From the human T2T-CHM13v2.0 reference genome, Homo sapiens, in NCBI RefSeq assembly GCF_009914755.1, contig NC_060940.1: 64,000 nucleotides of DNA, one strand, 5' to 3'. The notes beneath the pieces were generated by a model. The model saw nothing but the letters and a program-made list of their open reading frames with translations. It was not told the DNA's origin and ran no database searches. The position numbers and the translations under genes were made by a program. Below, one piece after another: positions 58,018-64,000 of the stretch. Every line of letters begins with the position of its first letter. Within the stretch, counting starts at the first letter, position 1.

Positions 58018-60772
58018 TGATAACTCTCTTAAGATATAGAAATGACTAATGTCCCTGCTTTCAAAGGACACATGCTTTAATGGGAGGAGTTTGATTAAAA
58101 AAAAACAAAACACTAACCATATAATACTTAGATAGAGCTAAGCTATAGGAGAAAATGAAGCTGAGTAATGGGCTAATGGCTAGAGTGGAGGCTACTTGAA
58201 CTTGGATGATCATGAACAGCCTGTCACAGTCAGCAATGTTTGAGACGAAACTTGAATGGTGAGAACAAGACAACCACAGAAAGGTCCAGGGGAAGAAATT
58301 CCCAAGCAAACGGAACAACAAGTGCAAAGGTGAGTGTGAGGAATGTTCCAGAAAGATAAAGGACCAAGGGAAAAGAGAGCAGGATTTGGTCTGAGATATA
58401 AGCAGGAGATTATGGTGCTCCTTCTAGGCCACAGCAAGCAATTGATTTTAATTCTAGGTAAAATGGAAAGCTGGAGGAAGATTTTAATAAAGATGCATGT
58501 GATTCAAGATATGGGTTTTGTCATCGTTCTTACTCACTCGACCAGCGAGGTCATGCATTGATCATAGGATGTCAAAGCTGGAAGAAGATACCAGTTTAGA
58601 AGATGCTGCTGTCACTGAATGCAGATTTCATAAGGAGTTGCAGTGAAGGTAGAAGCATGTTTCATGGATCTGTGTTAAGGGCAGAGCTAGAAGCCCTTGC
58701 TGATGGTTTCTACATAGCAGGTAAGAGGGAGAGAGAAATCAAAGGTGACTTGTAGGTTTGTAGTTTGAACAGCTAGATGGAAAATGAGGTCATTTACTAA
58801 GACAAGAAAGTAAGAAGGAGAGATAGGTATGGGGACATGCTAAAGACAATGAGACTCAGAAAAGCCAAGAGACTCATTCAAGGTTACATGGCTGGGAAAT
58901 GATAGAGGCAGACTTGGAACGCTGGTCCCTGGGACTCCACGGCAGGGTTCAAATGGTAAAGCAAGCTGAATTTCCAGGCCAGGTTCAGGGAAACATTGAG
59001 GGGAAAATCAAATCAGTAATCCAGGCAAATTCAGGGCATACCACGTGGCTGATCTATTTTCAGCATCCACTCTTGTGAAGGCTACTTGTAGAATCTTAGA
59101 ATTAATAGAATTTTCGAGCTGAGCAGATCTTTGGGCTCAAAAGGGCATCTGTGCCTTTGCAAACATGATTCACCGAACATCCCCTGAGTAGGCAGATGGG
59201 TCAGGCTGCTGAGTAGACTTTAAATGGAGCTCCGGACACAGACCCATCTTCCAAGCCATCCTATTCACTTTCTCCCCACTGTCAAAAGGAACAGGACATT
59301 ATATAAACCTTCTGAAATGCCAAAAGGAGGAATTCTATATTTAACTCCCCTCCCAGCATCCAAACATCACATGATGGAATGTTGAGGATCTAATTCAACA
59401 ATGTTGAGTAACAGGGATATAACCCAGGGGACTCTCTCTCTCCTTCTCGCTTCTCCTGCAACTTCTCGTCTCCAGCCACCCACTGTCATGCCTTCATTAA
59501 GGGAGTTCGGGAGCAGCCTGACTCAAGCAGGTCCCCAGGAAAGTAAACAGCTGGGGGAGTAAAATGGATTGTGCTAACATATAATCCATAGCTGCCAGGG
59601 AGCTGGAACTCAGAGCCAAACACAGACTCATCTCTTCAGCTATCCTGAGAAGTGTGGGGACTGAGGACTAAGAGGGACAGAGGCAGCAATATAAAAACCA
59701 GTGCCCTCAAGGTTCAGGAGGCAAATGAAATGGAACTTAAGCTTCTGCATCTCTGCAGTCGGGACTTTTGTTAGAAAAGCACTTAAAAAATTCAAGGCAC
59801 ATCCACAAGATTTCAAGAGCTGGCATGATGGAAAATAGCGGCAGGGGCTGATCAAGATGGCATGGAGTGAGGCTTCTGAAAACACTTATTGACCAGCTTG
59901 CATGCTGTGGGTGATCGATAAATATTAAACACCGAGGCTAGTGGAGAACAGGTTTTAATGAGGCCCAGAACAGCATGTAGAGTGGGCTGTAGTAGTGAGG
60001 GGCCATGGAGATGCTAAGCAACCAGTCTCATGCCTGCAGGTCCCCCATGTCCATGCTTCTCCCTAGGCTGTTCTCAGTTACAAAGACAAAGCAAACCAAC
60101 TCGGGGGGAAATTCATCGGGAAGTTGGAAGCTAAAGGGTCCCTCCTAGCATGGCCAAGGCCTGCCGCTCCAGTCTCTTCTCACCACTTATCCCATTTTTT
60201 TTTTTTTTAATGCTCAGGGTATAACAATAAATAAGAGAGGGACAGAGAGCACCTCTGCTCTCGGAGTTTCCAGGCTACTGAGAGAGGCTTCAAATGCATT
60301 GACAAGACTAGAGTAGGAAAGTACCTTCTGTGATAGGCCCTCAGAGAAAGGGCGTCTGTTTCAGCCAAGAAGGTCAGGGAAGACTTCCTGGGAGACATGG
60401 CTTTTGAATGGGATTAGCCAGTTTAAGAGGTGGGGAAGAACATTTCATAGGCAATGGCCTGAGTGCCTGCTGTTCTTTTTGCTTGTAACACACTTGTGCC
60501 CCTGACCCACCATGGATCTTGTATTCTCTTCACTAATATCCCTCTGCCTAGAGTGGCAAAACAGGAAGAGTAATTCGCCATTATTATTAGCATGTTATTA
60601 TTGTTATTATTACTACTACTGTTATTATTTTACTTATGAGCGCTTATGATGTGTCAGGCACTGCACTAAGCATTTTACCACCATTATTCTCCTCTAAGCT
60701 CCATATCCCTAAAAAAAAGTATTATAATCCCCATTTATAAGTAAGGAAACTGAGGTTCAGAGATGTGAAATA

Positions 60773-61080
60773 GTCTGGGCTTGGTGGCTCGCGCCTGTAA
60801 TCCCAGCACTTTGGGAGACTCAGGCAGGCAGATCACTTGAAGTCAGGAATTCAAGGCCAGCCTGGCCAACATAGTGAAATCCCATCTCTTCTAAAAATAC
60901 AAAAATTAGCCGGGCGTGGTGGTGCATGCCTGTAATCCTAGCTACTCAGGAACCTGAGGCAGGAGAATTGCTTGAAACCGGGAGGCAGAGGTTGCAGCGA
61001 GCTGAGATTGTGCCACTGCACTCCAGCCTGGGCAACAGAATGAGCAGAACAAGACACCGTCTCAAAAAAAAAAAAAAAAA
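60773..61080 (+). mobile_element. AluS inside a MIR
   Basis: TSD agatgtgaaata at 60761-60772 and 61081-61092. Confidence 0.94.
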
Positions 61081-61509
61081 AGATGTGAAATAACTTGTCC
61101 AAAGTAAACTCAGCCAGTAATGGGTGGCAAAGCTGGATTTGGGGCCATGCAACATGTCTCCAGTGCACCTAAACAGGTGCTATACCACTTACCACTAGGT
61201 CATCCTACGTCAAATGTAAAGCCACACATTGAGCTATGTCGTGATGGCTTTCTGACCTAACTCCTCATGTCCCTTGACATTTATCATGCAAGAGCTAGTC
61301 CATAGGCATTGGAATCATTCGGGCATGGGGTTAAATCCCAGAGCCACCACTAACTAGATCTGTCATTTTAAGCAAGCTATCTGAACTTTCATTGCCTCGG
61401 TTTCCACAACCACAAAATGGGAATTTAGTACGTATGTCCTAAAGGACTGCAGAAAGAAGCAAAATAATACGTCTAAGCAGTGTAGCAGAAGACCTGGCAC
61501 TTAACAGAT

Positions 61510-61958
61510 TATAAGTTTCCCATTGCTGCTGTAACAAATTGCCATAAAGTTAGTGGCTTAGAGTGATGTAAAATGTATTAAAGTCCTGGAGGTCAGAAAC
61601 CTAAAATGGACCAGCAGGCCTTCCTAGTGCTTCCTTCTAAGGCTTTAGAGGAGAATCCATTTCTTACCTTTTCCAGTTTGTAGAGTCTGCCCACATTCCT
61701 TAGCTCATGGCCACATCACTCTAACTCTGTTTCCATGGTCACATCTCCTTCTCTGACTCTTCCATGCCCGCCTCTTATAAGTACAGTCACAATTATATTG
61801 GGCCCACCAGATAATTTTGGATGAGGCTCTCATCTCAAGACGGATCCATAACTTAATCACATCTTCAAAATCCCTTTTGCCATAAATCATAACATTTATA
61901 CAGGAGTCAGAGTTTAGAAGGTGAACATCTTTGAGAGGTCGTAGTTCTGCCTGCCAGG
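61510..61958 (-). mobile_element. MLT1C/D-like MaLR LTR
   Basis: gtttcccattgctgctgtaacaaattgccataaa...cttaatcacatcttcaaaatcccttttgccataaa. Confidence 0.82.
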
Positions 61959-62002
61959 CCACCATCTTGCTCCCAAAGATTCACTCCATCTCCCCAAAAC
62001 TA

Positions 62003-62360
<358 letters not shown>

Positions 62361-62623
62361 AAATCTCATGAGCTCAGATGTCTAAAATCTTATCTCAATC
62401 ACCTAAGTCAAGTACTTATAAGAATCTGAGCATGATCCCTCCTGGGTCAAAGTTTCTCTCCAACTGTGGACCTGTAAAACTAGAAAACGGATTATCTGCT
62501 CCCCAGATGCAATTGTGGAACAGGCATGGGATATCAGTTACAGGGGTTTTTGATCAAAAAAGGAATCAATGAAAAGAAAAAACAAGTTACCACATCCAAA
62601 CAATTTTGGAATTCAGTTAGGCA

Positions 62624-62940
62624 GTCCGGATGCAGTGGCTAATCCCTGTAATCCTAACACTATGGGAGGCCAAGGTGGTTGGAATGCTTGAGCCCAGACA
62701 TTGGAGACCAACCTGGACAACGTGGTGAAACCCCACCTCTAAAAAAGAAAAAAAAAATACAAAAACAGATTAGCTGGGTATGGTGGTGCATGCCTGTAGT
62801 CCAACCTACTCAGGAGGCTGAGGTGGGAGAATCACTTGAGACCAGGAAGTCGAAGGTGCAGTGAGTGATCACATCACCACACTCCAGTCTGGCCTTCAGG
62901 GTGAGACACTGTTTCCAGAAAAAAAAAAAAAAAAAAAAAA
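62624..62940 (+). mobile_element. AluJ
   Basis: Dimer with A-tail; TSD attcagttaggca at 62611-62623 and 62952-62964. Confidence 0.9.
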
Positions 62941-63127
62941 GGAGAGGAGAGATTCAGTTAGGCAAACATTAGGCTTCAAAGCCTAGAAATAATCCTCTCC
63001 CATCTCTGTCCTTTGAGCTTGAGGCTCTACCCTCTGAGTAACCAGTCCTTTCTCATGAAGGGTAATATGTGTTTCCAGCCTAAGAGTTTTAACCGTCATT
63101 TCCTGCCTGTAGAATTTGGGGAGTATA

Positions 63128-63360
63128 TCATAGGTGATAATTGAACAATGAGAACACTTGGACAGAAGGCGGGGAATATCACACACCGGGGCCTGTCAGG
63201 GGGTAGGGGGCTGGGGGAGGGATAGCATTAGGAGAAATACTTAATGTAAATGATGAGTTGATGGGTGCAGCAAACCAACAGGGGACATGTATACCTATGT
63301 AACAAACCTGCACATTGTGCACATGTACCCTAGAACTTCGAGTATAATAATAATAAAAAA
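63128..63360 (+). mobile_element. L1PA (L1PA6-like) 3'-end fragment
   Basis: gggagggatagcattaggagaaatac.taatgtaaatgatgagttgatgggtgcagcaaacc; TSD agaattt[g/a]gggagt[a/g]ta at 63111-63127 and 63361-63377. Confidence 0.9.
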
Positions 63361-64000
63361 AGAATTTAGGGAGTGTAATGGCCTTCCTTCATTTTATCTT
63401 CTCTGTTCCCTTCTGTCCAAATTGCCAATGTTTATGCTGGTAGGAAATTTCAAAAACCTTATGGGTCTCCTGAGTATGTCATGGGGATTCACTCCATCAG
63501 ACAAAAAATGGTTCTTCACAGTTCTTTCCTAGATAATCCTAATATCTATTCTTTGCTTCTGATTTGATGGCCAAGGGGTACATGAGTCTCATACCTAATC
63601 TCTTCAAAGAGCACTCTGTGTGGCTGAATACTGGGACTTTTTATCTTTCCAACGAACTAGCAAAAAAAAACTGTTCAGCCATACCCTTTCCTAACATGCT
63701 TTCCTGATAGTAAATCTCCTAATTTTAGCATCTTTTGCAATCCAGATAGGCTGAGAATTTCCCAAGTCATCAAATCTTGCTTTCTTTTTGCTTAACAGTT
63801 CTTGCTTCAATCTCTTTCCTCTCACATTTTACTAAAAGGAGCAAGAAGAAACCAGGCTGCCCCTTCAACACTTTACCAAGTTCATTGCTTGCAAGTTCAG
63901 ATTTCCACACAACTGTAGCATATAATTCAGATAAATGCTCTGCCACTATATAACAAGGATGTCCTTTCCTCCAGTTTTCAATAACATTTCCTTCGTAGGT

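Overview
Primate (very likely human) repeat-rich, gene-poor intergenic or intronic DNA. I find no credible intact protein-coding gene, RNA gene or CRISPR array, and almost all ORFs in the track are repeat-derived or random. The one gene-derived feature is a near full-length processed pseudogene of IMPDH1 (40007-42298, + strand). It retains the 5'UTR, the canonical 514-aa-type CDS with three frameshifts and a 39-nt in-frame deletion, and the 3'UTR, flanked by a perfect 17-bp target-site duplication. The rest is a nested mosaic of Alu, L1 (L1PA, L1PB, L1M), L2, MIR, MaLR/ERV LTRs and hAT-type DNA elements. I see no evidence of a wholly new biological system. The best second-look items are: (i) the retrocopy carries the codon changes of known IMPDH1 retinal-disease alleles (D226N, V268I); (ii) it has no poly(A) tail and gains an in-frame ATG from the target site; (iii) there is a recurring signature of short (35-120 bp) sequence copied locally over 1-3 kb, including two apparent templated insertions, an Alu-Alu conversion-like tract and an inverted repeat. 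Repeat subfamily names and parent-gene comparisons come from recalled consensus sequences, and repeat boundaries are approximate unless a TSD is given.
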